Assembly: GCA_038217285.1 (NCBI GenBank)
Contig: JBBQPO010000008.1
Coordinates: 1 to 52,032 of the forward strand
Length of the DNA stretch: 52,032 nt
Reading direction: 5' to 3'
Source: Chthonomonadales bacterium
GTDB taxonomy: Bacteria; Armatimonadota; Chthonomonadetes; Chthonomonadales; Chthonomonadaceae
Shown: piece after piece, positions 9,849-19,845 of the stretch
Layout: the number at the start of each line of letters is the position of its first letter
How positions within the stretch are numbered: position 1 is the first letter of the stretch
Notes under the pieces: generated by a model
What the model saw: the letters and a program-made list of their open reading frames with translations, nothing else
Told to the model about the DNA's origin: nothing
Databases searched by the model: none
Position numbers and translations under genes: made by a program

Positions 9849-10241
9849 ATGGCAACTGTTCCTGCGGAACTCAAATACAGCAAATCCCATGAGTGGGTCA
9901 AGCTGGAAGGGGACGTCGCGGTGATTGGGATCACCGACCACGCCCAGGCGGAACTCGGTGACATCACCTATCTGGACCTGCCGGAGCCGGGCCGTATGGT
10001 GCAGGTAGATGGCCTGTTTGGGGAGGTAGAGTCGGTCAAGGCCGTCTCCGAGCTGTTTTCGCCCGTCAGCGGCGAAGTCGTCGAAACCAATACAGAGATT
10101 GCCCATGCGACCGAACTCGTCAATGAAGACCCTTACGGCAAAGGCTGGCTCATCAAGGTGCGTCTCAGTAAAACGGAGGAGCTTGCGGCTCTCCTGGACG
10201 CGGCCGATTATGAGAAGTTTGCTGATGAGGGAGGACACTAG
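9849..10241 (+). CDS. gcvH: Glycine cleavage system H protein
   Basis: Motifs SHEW and GITDHAQ, lipoyl motif VESVKAVSE, and PYGKGWL. Confidence 0.97.
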   Translation: MATVPAELKYSKSHEWVKLEGDVAVIGITDHAQAELGDITYLDLPEPGRMVQVDGLFGEVESVKAVSELFSPVSGEVVETNTEIAHATELVNEDPYGKGWLIKVRLSKTEELAALLDAADYEKFADEGGH

Positions 10242-10244
10242 AGC

Positions 10245-13160
10245 ATGACGATGTTTACGGTTTCCCCCAACGCCTCCGAAGGTTCGGATAGCGACGGGAG
10301 TGGCTTCCTATCACCCTTTTCGCCCTTCGTAGCGCGGCATATCGGCCCGCGCCCCCAGGATGTCAAGGAGATGCTGCACGCGTTGGGGCTCTCCTCTTTG
10401 GAGGAGCTTGTCGATAAAACGCTTCCCGCGTCGATTCGACGCGGGGGTAAAGTCTCGCTGCCGTCTGCTGGCGCCGGTCTGTCTGAGACGGAAGTACTGG
10501 CCGAACTGCAAACCATCGCTGGCAAGAATCAGATATTCCGCTCCTACCTGGGAATGGGCTATAACGACTGCATCACGCCGCCCGTTCTGCTGCGCAATAT
10601 CCTCGAAGATCCTCGCTGGTATACGCCGTACACGCCGTATCAGGCGGAGGTCGCCCAGGGCCGTCTGGAAGCCTTCCTGAATTTTCAGACGATGGTCATG
10701 GATATGACTGGCTTCGAAATCGCAAACGCCTCTCTCCTGGACGAGGCGACGGCGGCGGCCGAAGCGATGGCGATGTGTGAGGGTATCAAGGGTAGGGTAG
10801 GGAGCGTCTTCTTTATCGCACAGGACTGTCATCCACAAACCATCGAGGTCGTAAAGTCCCGCGCGCTGCCCCTTGGCATCGAAGTTGTGGTGGGCGACTA
10901 CCGCACCTATGCCTTTGATCGCCCTCTCTCCGGGGCCCTTCTCCAGTATCCGGCGACGGATGGCGGCGTCTTCGACTATACCGAGTTTATCACGAAGGTG
11001 CATGAGCAGGGCGGCCTGGCTGTCGTAGCTGCGGACATTCTCAGTCTCGCTCTCCTCAAGCCGCCCGCTGAGTTCGGGGCGGACATCGCGGTCGGATCGA
11101 CCCAGCGCTTCGGTGTCCCGCTCGGCTACGGGGGGCCGCATGCGGCCTATCTCGCGACGACTCTTGCCTATAAGCGAGAGCTGCCGGGGCGACTTGTCGG
11201 CGTCTCCAAGGATGCGGCGGGGAATCCGGCCGTCCGGCTCACCCTGCAGACGCGGGAACAGCATATTCGGCGCGACAAGGCCACGAGCAATATCTGCACC
11301 GCGCAGGCGCTGCTCGCGATCACGGCGGCGATGTATGCTTCTTATCACGGCCCCGACGGTATCCGAGCCATTGCGGAGCGAATACACGAGCTGGCCGCGC
11401 GCCTGGCTGACGGCCTGAAAACACTCGGCTACGCGATAACCCATGAAACCTTCTTCGACACGCTCTGTATTGAGATCGGAGATCAGGCCCTCGAAGGTAT
11501 CCTCGCCCAGGCTGTCGAGCGCCGTATCAACCTGCGTCGATGGAATGCACATTCTCTGACGGTCTCGCTCGATGAGACGACGACCGAAGCGGATGTTGCA
11601 GATCTACTGGCGGTTTTCGGCGCGGAAGAGGGGACCTTACCACCAGGCCGCAGAGGTTCGGCGAGTTATCCGCTGGCGCTGGCCCGTACTTCCGCTTACC
11701 TGACGCATCCGGTGTTTAACGCGTACCACTCCGAAACCGAGATGCTGCGGTACCTGAACCGGCTTGTGAGCAAGGACATCTCTCTGGCCTACGGCATGAT
11801 CCCGCTCGGCTCCTGTACCATGAAGCTCAACGCCACAGCGGAGATGATTCCGATTACCTGGCCGGAGTTCGGGAAACTGCACCCTTTTGCGCCGATTTCG
11901 CAGGCAGAGGGCTATCAGGAGCTGCTGCAGAGGCTGGAAACGATGCTGGCGGAGATCACCGGTTTCGCGGCGATCTCGCTGCAGCCGAATGCTGGCTCTC
12001 AAGGGGAGTACGCCGGCCTGCTCGTCATCCGCAAATACCATGAGGTACGTGGCGAGGGACAACGTAATATCTGTCTGATCCCGCACTCCGCGCATGGCAC
12101 CAATCCGGCCTCTGCCGTAATGGCGGGTATGAAGGTCGTCGTGATCCGGACCGATGAGGCCGGAAACATCGATCTGCCCGATCTGCGGGCAAAGGCACAG
12201 GAGTATGGACCCAACCTCGCGGCGCTCATGATCACCTATCCCTCGACGCACGGCGTGTTCGAGGAGGCGGTAACCGAGATGTGCGACATTATCCACGCGC
12301 AGGGTGGTCAGGTCTATATGGATGGCGCCAACATGAACGCGCAGGTCGGCCTCTGCCGCCCTGGCGACTTCGGGCCGGATGTCTGCCACCTGAACCTGCA
12401 CAAGACCTTCTGCATTCCTCATGGGGGAGGGGGACCCGGCATGGGACCGATAGGCGTCGCGGCTCATCTGGCGCCGTACCTGCCGACGCACCCCGTGATC
12501 CCGACCGGTGGCAACGATCCCATCGGCCCGGTTTCCGCAGCGCCCTGGGGCAGCCCTAGCATACTTCCCATCTCTTACGCCTATATCCGTATGATGGGGG
12601 AGTCAGGCCTGACGTATGCCACACAGATCGCCATTCTGAGCGCGAACTATATTGCCCGGCGTCTGGACGAGCACTATCCCGTTCTCTACCGGGGCGGCAA
12701 CGATCTAGTGGCCCACGAGTGCATTCTCGATCTTCGCTCTTTGAAGGCGAAAGCGGGTGTTGAGGTCGAAGATGTCGCGAAGCGGCTGATGGACTACGGT
12801 TTTCACGCGCCAACCGTCTCGTGGCCGGTTTCCGGAACCGTAATGGTCGAGCCGACTGAGAGCGAGTCGAAGGTGGAGATGGACCGCTTCTGTGCCGCCA
12901 TGATCTCTATTCGCCAGGAGATCACGGAGATCGAGCAGGGCGGCATGGACAGAACTGACAATCTGCTCAAAAACGCCCCTCACACGGCTGCCGAGGTGAC
13001 GGCCGATGTATGGACCCATCCCTATTCGCGTTCTCAAGCGGCCTATCCCACGCCGGAGTCCCGTCAGTCGAAATACTGGCCGCCCGTCGCGCGCATCGAT
13101 AATGTGTTCGGTGATCGTAATATCGTCTGCTCCTGTCTGCCGCTGGAGGCGTATCAATAG
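10245..13160 (+). CDS. gcvP: Glycine dehydrogenase (decarboxylating), single-chain P protein
   Basis: Motifs [31 protein letters not shown] and [10 protein letters not shown], and PLP motif HLNLHKTF. Confidence 0.98.
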   Translation: MTMFTVSPNASEGSDSDGSGFLSPFSPFVARHIGPRPQDVKEMLHALGLSSLEELVDKTLPASIRRGGKVSLPSAGAGLSETEVLAELQTIAGKNQIFRSYLGMGYNDCITPPVLLRNILEDPRWYTPYTPYQAEVAQGRLEAFLNFQTMVMDMTGFEIANASLLDEATAAAEAMAMCEGIKGRVGSVFFIAQDCHPQTIEVVKSRALPLGIEVVVGDYRTYAFDRPLSGALLQYPATDGGVFDYTEFITKVHEQGGLAVVAADILSLALLKPPAEFGADIAVGSTQRFGVPLGYGGPHAAYLATTLAYKRELPGRLVGVSKDAAGNPAVRLTLQTREQHIRRDKATSNICTAQALLAITAAMYASYHGPDGIRAIAERIHELAARLADGLKTLGYAITHETFFDTLCIEIGDQALEGILAQAVERRINLRRWNAHSLTVSLDETTTEADVADLLAVFGAEEGTLPPGRRGSASYPLALARTSAYLTHPVFNAYHSETEMLRYLNRLVSKDISLAYGMIPLGSCTMKLNATAEMIPITWPEFGKLHPFAPISQAEGYQELLQRLETMLAEITGFAAISLQPNAGSQGEYAGLLVIRKYHEVRGEGQRNICLIPHSAHGTNPASAVMAGMKVVVIRTDEAGNIDLPDLRAKAQEYGPNLAALMITYPSTHGVFEEAVTEMCDIIHAQGGQVYMDGANMNAQVGLCRPGDFGPDVCHLNLHKTFCIPHGGGGPGMGPIGVAAHLAPYLPTHPVIPTGGNDPIGPVSAAPWGSPSILPISYAYIRMMGESGLTYATQIAILSANYIARRLDEHYPVLYRGGNDLVAHECILDLRSLKAKAGVEVEDVAKRLMDYGFHAPTVSWPVSGTVMVEPTESESKVEMDRFCAAMISIRQEITEIEQGGMDRTDNLLKNAPHTAAEVTADVWTHPYSRSQAAYPTPESRQSKYWPPVARIDNVFGDRNIVCSCLPLEAYQ

Positions 13161-13223
13161 AGACGCGAGGGCGTCGTTACAACCGTCTGTCAACTGTTCG
13201 TCCAAACGGTTGCATTCGAACAA

Positions 13224-13252
13224 TTGACAGACGCGGACAGTTATGATATACT
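13224..13252 (+). promoter_or_regulatory. Sigma70-type promoter of the response-regulator gene
   Basis: TTGACA (13224-13229), 17-bp spacer, TATACT (13247-13252), with an extended TG. Confidence 0.8.
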
Positions 13253-13346
13253 GCAACTGAACTGGATGCTTACAAGGGACGTGCGAACGCTGGGCGTCAC
13301 GCTCCTGCGCGCCACGAATTCTCATGAGAATAGGGGAGCATAACCG

Positions 13347-13763
13347 ATGGCTAAGAAGATATTGGCTGTAGACGACGAGCGACACATTGTTCGGCTCGTC
13401 CAGGTCAATCTGGAGCGTGCAGGGTACGAAGTCGTCACCGCTTTCGATGGTAAGGACGCCCTCGAAAAGGTGGAAGCAGAAAACCCGGATCTGGTCGTTC
13501 TGGACGTCATGATGCCCTATATGGACGGTTTTGAGGTTCTGCAGAACCTCCGCAAGAACCCGGCCACCCGTGACCTACCCGTCATTATGCTGACGGCGAA
13601 GGCGCAGGATGCCGACGTGTTCCGGGGCTGGCAGAGTGGCGTGGACTGCTATCTGACGAAGCCGTTCAACCCGATGGAACTGATCTCCTTCGTAAAGCGG
13701 ATCTTCAAATCCCAGGAAGACGGCGATGACGGCGGCGGCGGCGGTCGCATCAACATCGGCTAA
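13347..13763 (+). CDS. Single-domain (CheY-like) response regulator
   Basis: Motifs ILAVDDE, phospho-Asp in LDVMMP, IMLTA and YLTKPF. There is no output domain. RBS is GGGGAG. Confidence 0.93.
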   Translation: MAKKILAVDDERHIVRLVQVNLERAGYEVVTAFDGKDALEKVEAENPDLVVLDVMMPYMDGFEVLQNLRKNPATRDLPVIMLTAKAQDADVFRGWQSGVDCYLTKPFNPMELISFVKRIFKSQEDGDDGGGGGRINIG

Positions 13764-13789
13764 TCCATTGGAACCCAGGCCCCGTCGAA

Positions 13790-14071
13790 ATGAACGCAGA
13801 AATGTCGGTACGCGAAAGGAAACGGTCGTTGGAAGCAGGCAGTAAGAAGAATATTATCGTCTGGTCGAGCGTTGCGGCAGCCACCGCCGCCGTCATCGCC
13901 GTCGCGGCAATCTTCACCTGGAAAGCTCGAACTTTGTCTGCTCAGCAGATAAGCACACGCATTCGGGACGTTCAGGACGTTTTGCTGGATTGCGAACGCA
14001 AAATTCACGAGAGAAAGGGCCATATCACCGAAATTATCCCCTCGGTTTCCCAAACATCAACGACTTCCTGA
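13790..14071 (+). CDS. Small bitopic membrane protein, hypothetical
   Basis: One TM helix (IIVWSSVAAATAAVIAVAAIFTW) followed by an amphipathic helix. The start is uncertain. Confidence 0.55.
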   Translation: MNAEMSVRERKRSLEAGSKKNIIVWSSVAAATAAVIAVAAIFTWKARTLSAQQISTRIRDVQDVLLDCERKIHERKGHITEIIPSVSQTSTTS

Positions 14072-14095
14072 ACGTCCCGAATGCGTGTGCTTATC
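13948..14095. repeat. Perfect 30-bp inverted repeat (13948-13977 / 14066-14095)
   Basis: gataagcacacgcattcgggacgttcagga and its exact reverse complement are 88 nt apart. Confidence 0.95.
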
Positions 14096-14120
14096 GCCTC
14101 TATCGTAGTGTGCTAAGCTC

Positions 14121-14356
14121 CGTTGCTTCCAACGCCTCACGGTGTTTGGAAGCAACGTTTCTAATCCATTCTTTAACGTCCGATAATACAAGGTATGTTG
14201 TATTATCGGAGAGGGGACGTCAAGTTTGAGTTGGAACGTCCGGCGTTTCCGTTGCCTCCAACGGAAACTATTTCTTCGCAATACCTTCACTGATCCGGAC
14301 ATCATCCCTATTGAACCCAGGTGCAACACGCAAATGTTGCACCTGGGTTCAATAGG
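14121..14356. repeat. Cluster of four perfect-stem hairpins (12, 13, 10 and 22 bp)
   Basis: Stems are 14121-14132/14146-14157, 14179-14191/14198-14210, 14245-14254/14259-14268 and 14307-14328/14335-14356. Confidence 0.9.
14176..14203 (+). other. dif-like (XerCD-type) site, degenerate in the XerD arm
   Basis: ACGTCCGATAA-TACAAG-GTATGTTGTAT has the 11-6-11 layout. The right arm matches E. coli TTATGTTAAAT at 8 of 11 positions. It lies where gene orientation converges. Confidence 0.45.
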
Positions 14357-14382
14357 CCATAATTATGCGGTTTCGGCCAGTG

Positions 14383-14934
14383 TTAATTTTCGCTCTGTTG
14401 CACGGCTTCCAGAACGGCTTCCGCCACGTAGATCGGAGCATGGAATCGTAACGCCAGGGCAATGGCATCGCTGGGACGCGAGTCTATCTCCAGGGCCTCT
14501 TTGTCGCCATCTCGCAGCAGATAGACCTTCGCGTAGAACGTATCCTGCCACAGATCGTCTATAATGACCCGATCTATCTTCGCGCCTAGCCGTTCCAGCA
14601 TCACCCGCATCAAATCGTGGGTATAGGGCCTGTCCGGGCTTTCGTCCGAAACTGCCAGAGAAATGGCATAGGCGACATCTCGCACGACAAATATTCGGAG
14701 ATCCCGGCCACGACTGTCGCGCAGCAACACAAAAGTCGTCGTTTGGGTCGGAATTCCGGTGGTCACACCGCTAACAACCCCCTCGAAAACGTTGACGACC
14801 TTGACTTCCTTTTCATGGAGGGCCCGCGGCGCGCGATTCTCCGGCTCTCCGGAACCGTTTTCCGAAGGGAAGCGTCTCTCGTCGTCAGACGGTCTCCAGT
14901 CCCTGGGAAATATACCTTCAAAATCGCTGCTCAT
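14383..14934 (-). CDS. Bifunctional nuclease family protein (DUF151)
   Basis: Motifs RPYTHDL, TFYAK and IDSRPSDAIALALR...PIYV. RBS is GGAGG. Confidence 0.92.
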   Translation of the reverse strand: MSSDFEGIFPRDWRPSDDERRFPSENGSGEPENRAPRALHEKEVKVVNVFEGVVSGVTTGIPTQTTTFVLLRDSRGRDLRIFVVRDVAYAISLAVSDESPDRPYTHDLMRVMLERLGAKIDRVIIDDLWQDTFYAKVYLLRDGDKEALEIDSRPSDAIALALRFHAPIYVAEAVLEAVQQSEN

Positions 14935-15009
14935 GTCGTGCCTCCGCCGAATAAGTTATCCTATACTCCCCGACCCGTTTACCCGATCTACGAAGGCCAG
15001 CGTTAAGCG

Positions 15010-16293
15010 TCAGTCGTCGCTCTTCAGTGTCTTGTCAACCATGACAAGGAACTCCTTATTGGTCTTCGTATGCAGCAGTCGCTCTTTGAGCAGTTCGGTC
15101 GCTTCCATAGGATCCAGGCCGTGCAGCAACCGACGCAGTTTGCCGATCTGTCGATAGGTCTCTTCATCGTAGAGAAGCTCATCATGGCGCGTACCGGACC
15201 TCAAAGAGATGGCAGGGAAGATGCGTTTGTCTGCAAGGCTCCGGTCCAGTTCGACCTCCATGTTGCCTGTACCCTTGTACTCTTCGAAGATCAAATCATC
15301 CATACGGCTGCCGGTTTCGACCAGTGCGGTCGCCAGGATCGTCAGACTTCCGCCTTCTTCTATGTTACGTGCCGCTCCAAAAAAACGTTTCGGTCGGTAC
15401 AGAGCGGCGGGATCGAGCCCTCCGGCGAGTGTACGCCCGCTTGGTGTCACGGTAAGGTTGGAAGCGCGGGTATAGCGGGTCAGGCTGTCCATCAGCACCA
15501 CCACATCCCGTTTGCTCTCTGCCAGCCGCTTGGCCTGCTCCAGCACCATATCTGCGACCCGCATGTGGTTCTCGGGGGTTTCGTCAAACGTAGAGCTGAT
15601 GACCTCGCCCTTGACCGAGCGCCGAATATCCGTAACTTCCTCCGGGCGCTCATCGATGAGCAGCACGATCAGAATGCACTCGGGATGGTTCAACACAATG
15701 GAGTTGGCGATCGTTTTCAGGATCGTTGTTTTACCCGCCTTCGGCTGGGCGACGATCATGCCGCGCTGGCCCTTGCCGACAGGAGAGATCAGATCCATGA
15801 TGCGCCCCGTCATCTCAGTGCGCGTCGTTTCGAGCTGCAGCCGCTCGTTGGGATAGATCGGTGTCAGGTCGTCGAAGTGGACGCGATTGCGGGCCACGTC
15901 CGGATCGACTCCGTTCACGGCCTCCACGCGCAGCAGGCCATAGTACTTCTCCGACTCTTTCGGAGGTCTGACCTGGCCGGTAACTTCATCTCCCGTTTTC
16001 AAGACGAAGCGTTTGATCTGAGTTTGGGAGACATAGATATCTTCCGCATTCGGGGAGAAGTTGCTGCGGCGCAGAAACCCCCACCCGTCCGGCAGGATCT
16101 CCAGGATTCCCTTGGCGAAGATGACGCCGTTCCGATCCGACTGCACCTGCAGGATGCGGCCGATTAGCTCATCCTTGCGTGTGTTGGGACCCGTTCCGTT
16201 GGATACGCCGAGCTCGCGGGCCAGCTCATGCAGATCGTTCAGACTCTTATTTTCTAGATCAGAAAGGTTGGTACTTCCGATAGTCTCTTCCAT
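15010..16293 (-). CDS. rho: Transcription termination factor Rho
   Basis: Motifs [47 protein letters not shown] and [16 protein letters not shown]. Confidence 0.98.
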   Translation of the reverse strand: MEETIGSTNLSDLENKSLNDLHELARELGVSNGTGPNTRKDELIGRILQVQSDRNGVIFAKGILEILPDGWGFLRRSNFSPNAEDIYVSQTQIKRFVLKTGDEVTGQVRPPKESEKYYGLLRVEAVNGVDPDVARNRVHFDDLTPIYPNERLQLETTRTEMTGRIMDLISPVGKGQRGMIVAQPKAGKTTILKTIANSIVLNHPECILIVLLIDERPEEVTDIRRSVKGEVISSTFDETPENHMRVADMVLEQAKRLAESKRDVVVLMDSLTRYTRASNLTVTPSGRTLAGGLDPAALYRPKRFFGAARNIEEGGSLTILATALVETGSRMDDLIFEEYKGTGNMEVELDRSLADKRIFPAISLRSGTRHDELLYDEETYRQIGKLRRLLHGLDPMEATELLKERLLHTKTNKEFLVMVDKTLKSDD

Positions 16294-16666
16294 ACGATTA
16301 GTTCACCTTAGACAGGGAGAACACGCTGCGTGCAGTTTCGGGGAATGGAGAACACGATCCCCTACCCTGCGGCGGGTGTCAGATTGTTGATTGATGGGCA
16401 CACAATATCCAGAATGGTTGTGAAATGGGAATGAAATGGCGTAACACCGACGTGGGAGACCACAGGAAAATCTTCGATGTAGAGCAGGTAACGAACATCC
16501 GGACCCGGCACTCCTGAATCCAGGAGAGAATCAAAGAGGACAACAACTCCAAGGAACCGCACCAGAGACGGAAACTTCGCTGGACGGACGTTTCGGAGAG
16601 CGGGGAAAGGGAGTGACAGACGGCCCGGTTCGTAGAATGATCGCAAGCGGACGATACAGACCCCTT

Positions 16667-16695
16667 ATTATAGCATAGTTCCCGCGTTCTGTCTA
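16667..16695 (-). promoter_or_regulatory. Sigma70-type promoter of rho, giving a leader of about 370 nt
   Basis: On the minus strand: TAGACA (16695-16690), 17-bp spacer, TATAAT (16672-16667), with an extended TG. Confidence 0.75.
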
Positions 16696-16703
16696 CTTTC
16701 TCT

Positions 16704-17324
16704 CTACCTTTCATTTTCTTCTTCGAACGTCAGCACACCGATGTAAGGCAAGCCCCGATAATTCTCGGAATAGTCCATTCCGTACCCGATGACGAACTGA
16801 TCCGGAATTTCAAAACCACTGTAGTTCACGGGGACATCGACGCGGCGCCTGGAAGGTTTGTCCAGGAGCACACAGACGCCTACACTGCGGGCATGTCTGG
16901 CACGCAGGGACTCGATCAGGTAGCTGAAACGCAGCGTCAGACCCGTATCGATAATATCTTCCACGATAAGCACATGCTTGCCCGCGACAGAGGCGTCCAG
17001 ATCCTTCAGTATCCGGACCTCCCCCGAGGTGTGGGTAGCCGCGCCGTACGACGAGATCGCCACGAAATCGAATTCGACGGGCCGCGCGATGGTGCGTATC
17101 AGATCCGCAATAAACAGCGCTGCGCCCTTTAGCACTCCGACCAGCAGCAGCGGCTCGGTGTGATCGGCAAAATCCCGACTGATCGCTTCCCCTAACTCCC
17201 GCACCCGCTGCCGGATCCGTTCTTCCGAGATCAGGACATCGATACGATGCGACGGCAGCGCCGAAGATGCGGTTGCGGCTTGAGGAGAAACCTGGCCGGA
17301 ACTATCCCTCTCCCCTACTCCCAT
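16704..17324 (-). CDS. hpt: Hypoxanthine phosphoribosyltransferase
   Basis: Motifs [33 protein letters not shown] and FVIGYGMDY. Start taken at ATG 17324, overlapping the end of guaA; it is uncertain. Confidence 0.95.
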   Translation of the reverse strand: MGVGERDSSGQVSPQAATASSALPSHRIDVLISEERIRQRVRELGEAISRDFADHTEPLLLVGVLKGAALFIADLIRTIARPVEFDFVAISSYGAATHTSGEVRILKDLDASVAGKHVLIVEDIIDTGLTLRFSYLIESLRARHARSVGVCVLLDKPSRRRVDVPVNYSGFEIPDQFVIGYGMDYSENYRGLPYIGVLTFEEENER

Positions 17325-18871
17325 TCGATGGTCGCCGGCGGCTTGGAGCTGATGTCGTAAACCACACGATTGATGCCGTCTACTTCGTTGACGATGCGGC
17401 TGCTGACCTTGTCGAGAAAATCGTAGGGCAGCCGTGCCCAACTGGCCGTCATGAAGTCTTCCGTGGTCACCGCGCGCAGGATGACCGGATGCGCATAGGT
17501 GCGCAGGTCACCCATGACCCCGACGCTGCGGATGGGAGCCAGAACCGCCAGCGCCTGCGATACGGTTCGGTACAGCCCTGCCGACCGCAATTCGGAGATG
17601 AAGATCGCGTCCGCCTCCTGCAGCATCTGCAGGCGCTCCGCAGTCACCTCGCCCAGGATACGAATGGCCAGGCCGGGCCCAGGAAACGGATGCCGCCATA
17701 CAATCGTCTCCGGCAGCCCGAGTTCGGCCGCCACGGCGCGCGCCTCATCTTTGAACAGCAGGCGCAGAGGCTCGATCACCTTCAACGACATATCTTCCGG
17801 CAGCCCGCCGACATTGTGATGTGTCTTGATTGTCACCGAGTTCTTGCTGCCGCCGCTCTCGATGACGTCTGGATAGAGCGTTCCTTGCGCCAGAAACGTC
17901 GCGCCGCGCAGATCTGCGGCATACTCCTCGAAAACGCGAACGAACTCTTCACCGATCACCTTGCGCTTGCGCTCCGGATCTTCGATGCCAGCCAGGCGCA
18001 GGAGAAACCGCTCGCGGACATCGGCGTAGATGAGCCGAATGCCGAACGCCTTCGCGAAATCGTCGCGGACCTGTTCGGCCTCCCCTTTTCGCAGCAGGCC
18101 GTGGTCCACAAAGATGCAGGTCAACTGATCGCCGATGGCCTTGTGCATCAAGGCCGCCACGCAGCAACTGTCGATGCCCCCGGAGACGCCGCATACCACG
18201 CCCTCATCCCCTACCTGGGAACGGATCAGCGCGACCGCCTCATCGACGAAATGCGCGGGCGTCCAGGTTCCAGAACATCCACAGGGTCCCATCAGAAAGT
18301 TTTGGAGCAGTCGCGTGCCAAACGGCGTGTGCGCGACTTCCGGGTGAAACTGGACGCCATACAGCTTCCGCGCCTCGTCCGTGATCGCTGCAATGGGGGC
18401 GCTCTGGGTCGTCGCGACGACGCGAAACCCGGCCGGAGGCGTGAGGACATGGTCGCCATGACTCATCCAGCAGGGAACCGTCTCTTTCCCCTCCCCTACC
18501 CCAACGAACAGCGGAGCCGAATCAAGGATCGTCAGGTCGGCGTGGCCGTACTCCGCACGCTCGGCAGGCTGAACCTCTCCGCCCAGTTGATGCGCCATCA
18601 ACTGAAGGCCATAGCAGATTCCGAGCACCGGAATGCCCAGGTCGTAGACGCGCCTATCGGCATGGGGAGCTCCTGGTGCGTAGACACTGGAGGGGCCACC
18701 GGAAAAGATGATCCCCCGCGGGCGCTTCGCCGCGATCTCTTCCACAGGCGTATCGAACGGCAGGATCTCGCAATAGACCTTGCACTCCCGCACTCTGCGG
18801 GCGATCAACTGCGTGTACTGCGCCCCAAAGTCCAAAATCACGACGTTCTCATCGGTCGCATCCATTTGCAC
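17315..18871 (-). CDS. guaA: GMP synthase (glutamine-hydrolysing)
   Basis: Motifs [34 protein letters not shown] and KPPATIEWE. Confidence 0.98.
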   Translation of the reverse strand: MQMDATDENVVILDFGAQYTQLIARRVRECKVYCEILPFDTPVEEIAAKRPRGIIFSGGPSSVYAPGAPHADRRVYDLGIPVLGICYGLQLMAHQLGGEVQPAERAEYGHADLTILDSAPLFVGVGEGKETVPCWMSHGDHVLTPPAGFRVVATTQSAPIAAITDEARKLYGVQFHPEVAHTPFGTRLLQNFLMGPCGCSGTWTPAHFVDEAVALIRSQVGDEGVVCGVSGGIDSCCVAALMHKAIGDQLTCIFVDHGLLRKGEAEQVRDDFAKAFGIRLIYADVRERFLLRLAGIEDPERKRKVIGEEFVRVFEEYAADLRGATFLAQGTLYPDVIESGGSKNSVTIKTHHNVGGLPEDMSLKVIEPLRLLFKDEARAVAAELGLPETIVWRHPFPGPGLAIRILGEVTAERLQMLQEADAIFISELRSAGLYRTVSQALAVLAPIRSVGVMGDLRTYAHPVILRAVTTEDFMTASWARLPYDFLDKVSSRIVNEVDGINRVVYDISSKPPATIEWE

Positions 18872-19660
18872 CTACTCGTCCTCCGTATCCTCTTCAGGCC
18901 GTTCACTGCGCTCTTCCAGTATCACGGCGCGCGGCGTCTTTGCGCCGAGTCGCTCCTGCTCGTTTTCGATCCAGAACAGATAGGTATCCAGCAGATGCGA
19001 GCGTACCGACTCGTAGTCCATCCCGTCCTGCAGCAGCGAAACACGTTCTGTTTGCCAGAGTTGATTGGCTTCCTGATAGAGCGTCGCTTCTCGCCACCCC
19101 ATGGCCTCGGCCCAGAACATGCCGTCGCCCAGCTCGCGCGGCAGCCAGAGACAGCGAACGTCCAGCTCATCTTCCAACTCTTCGCACCAGGCACGGTATC
19201 CTTGCTGCCACTCCGCTTCCTCATCCGGATTCAGGCTGGCATACTGTTCGCGACGCTTCCTATAGAGGATGCCGTCATCGAGTACGCTCTGCACCCACTC
19301 CGGCAGGTCGAGCGCCTGTTCCGACCGCAGATAGATCCCGAAACGACGCAGCGAATCCGGCAGGCGTTCTTCGGTTTCGGTATCGGCGATGGACTGGCGA
19401 ATATAGTGGCTGAATACGAACCACCGAAGTTCGAATTCGTTCATGTTGCGGATCGACTTCTGGTAGTGATTGGCAAGGTAGTCGAGGAGGCTCTCGGCAT
19501 TGAAACAGTCCTGCTGTGCGGTTCTGGTATCGAGGCTGGCTTCCGACTCCAGCCACTCTACAAACCCATCCAGCAAGTCGTAAGCCTCGTCCAGCAGCGT
19601 TCCGATTTCAGACCCGTTCTCGGCTTCTTCGTCCTGCTGCCAGTCATTTTGTTCGGTCAT
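18872..19660 (-). CDS. Acidic helical hypothetical protein; N-part resembles the tyrosine-recombinase core-binding (SAM-like) domain
   Basis: ATG 19660 (MTEQND) follows GGAG and the gene abuts guaA. The FVEWL...RTAQQD...LLDYL...SLRRFGIYL pattern is a resemblance judged by eye. Confidence 0.6.
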   Translation of the reverse strand: MTEQNDWQQDEEAENGSEIGTLLDEAYDLLDGFVEWLESEASLDTRTAQQDCFNAESLLDYLANHYQKSIRNMNEFELRWFVFSHYIRQSIADTETEERLPDSLRRFGIYLRSEQALDLPEWVQSVLDDGILYRKRREQYASLNPDEEAEWQQGYRAWCEELEDELDVRCLWLPRELGDGMFWAEAMGWREATLYQEANQLWQTERVSLLQDGMDYESVRSHLLDTYLFWIENEQERLGAKTPRAVILEERSERPEEDTEDE

Positions 19661-19709
19661 GCCAACTCCCGTGTCGTCATTTGTCGTCCTTACAACTCTT
19701 GGAAAATGA

Positions 19710-19845
19710 AACCTGAATACGCGGGGAACTACCGTCGATGCAGAGGTGATCGCTTCCAGAGTGCGGCGCGCCCGGTAACGAGCGAACCGCTTCATGGTAA
19801 TGACGTTCAAGCTGTCGAAACAGTTCCCCATACCGCCGTCAGGGG
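19710..19845 (-). ncRNA. ssrS: Probable 6S RNA
   Basis: The minus strand folds as a rod. Closing stems are CCUGA/UCAGG, GGGAACUG/UAGUUCCC, UCGA/UCGA and CAG/CUG. The central bubble is about 21/19 nt. Inner stems are GCGG/CCGC and CGCUCG/CGGGCG. G-U pairs favour this strand. TATGTT lies upstream and a U-rich tail downstream. Confidence 0.6.

Noticed and set aside
14066-14356. CRISPR array or retron msr-msd
   Set aside because: The hairpins differ in sequence, there is no regular repeat-spacer period, and the window has no cas or reverse transcriptase gene.
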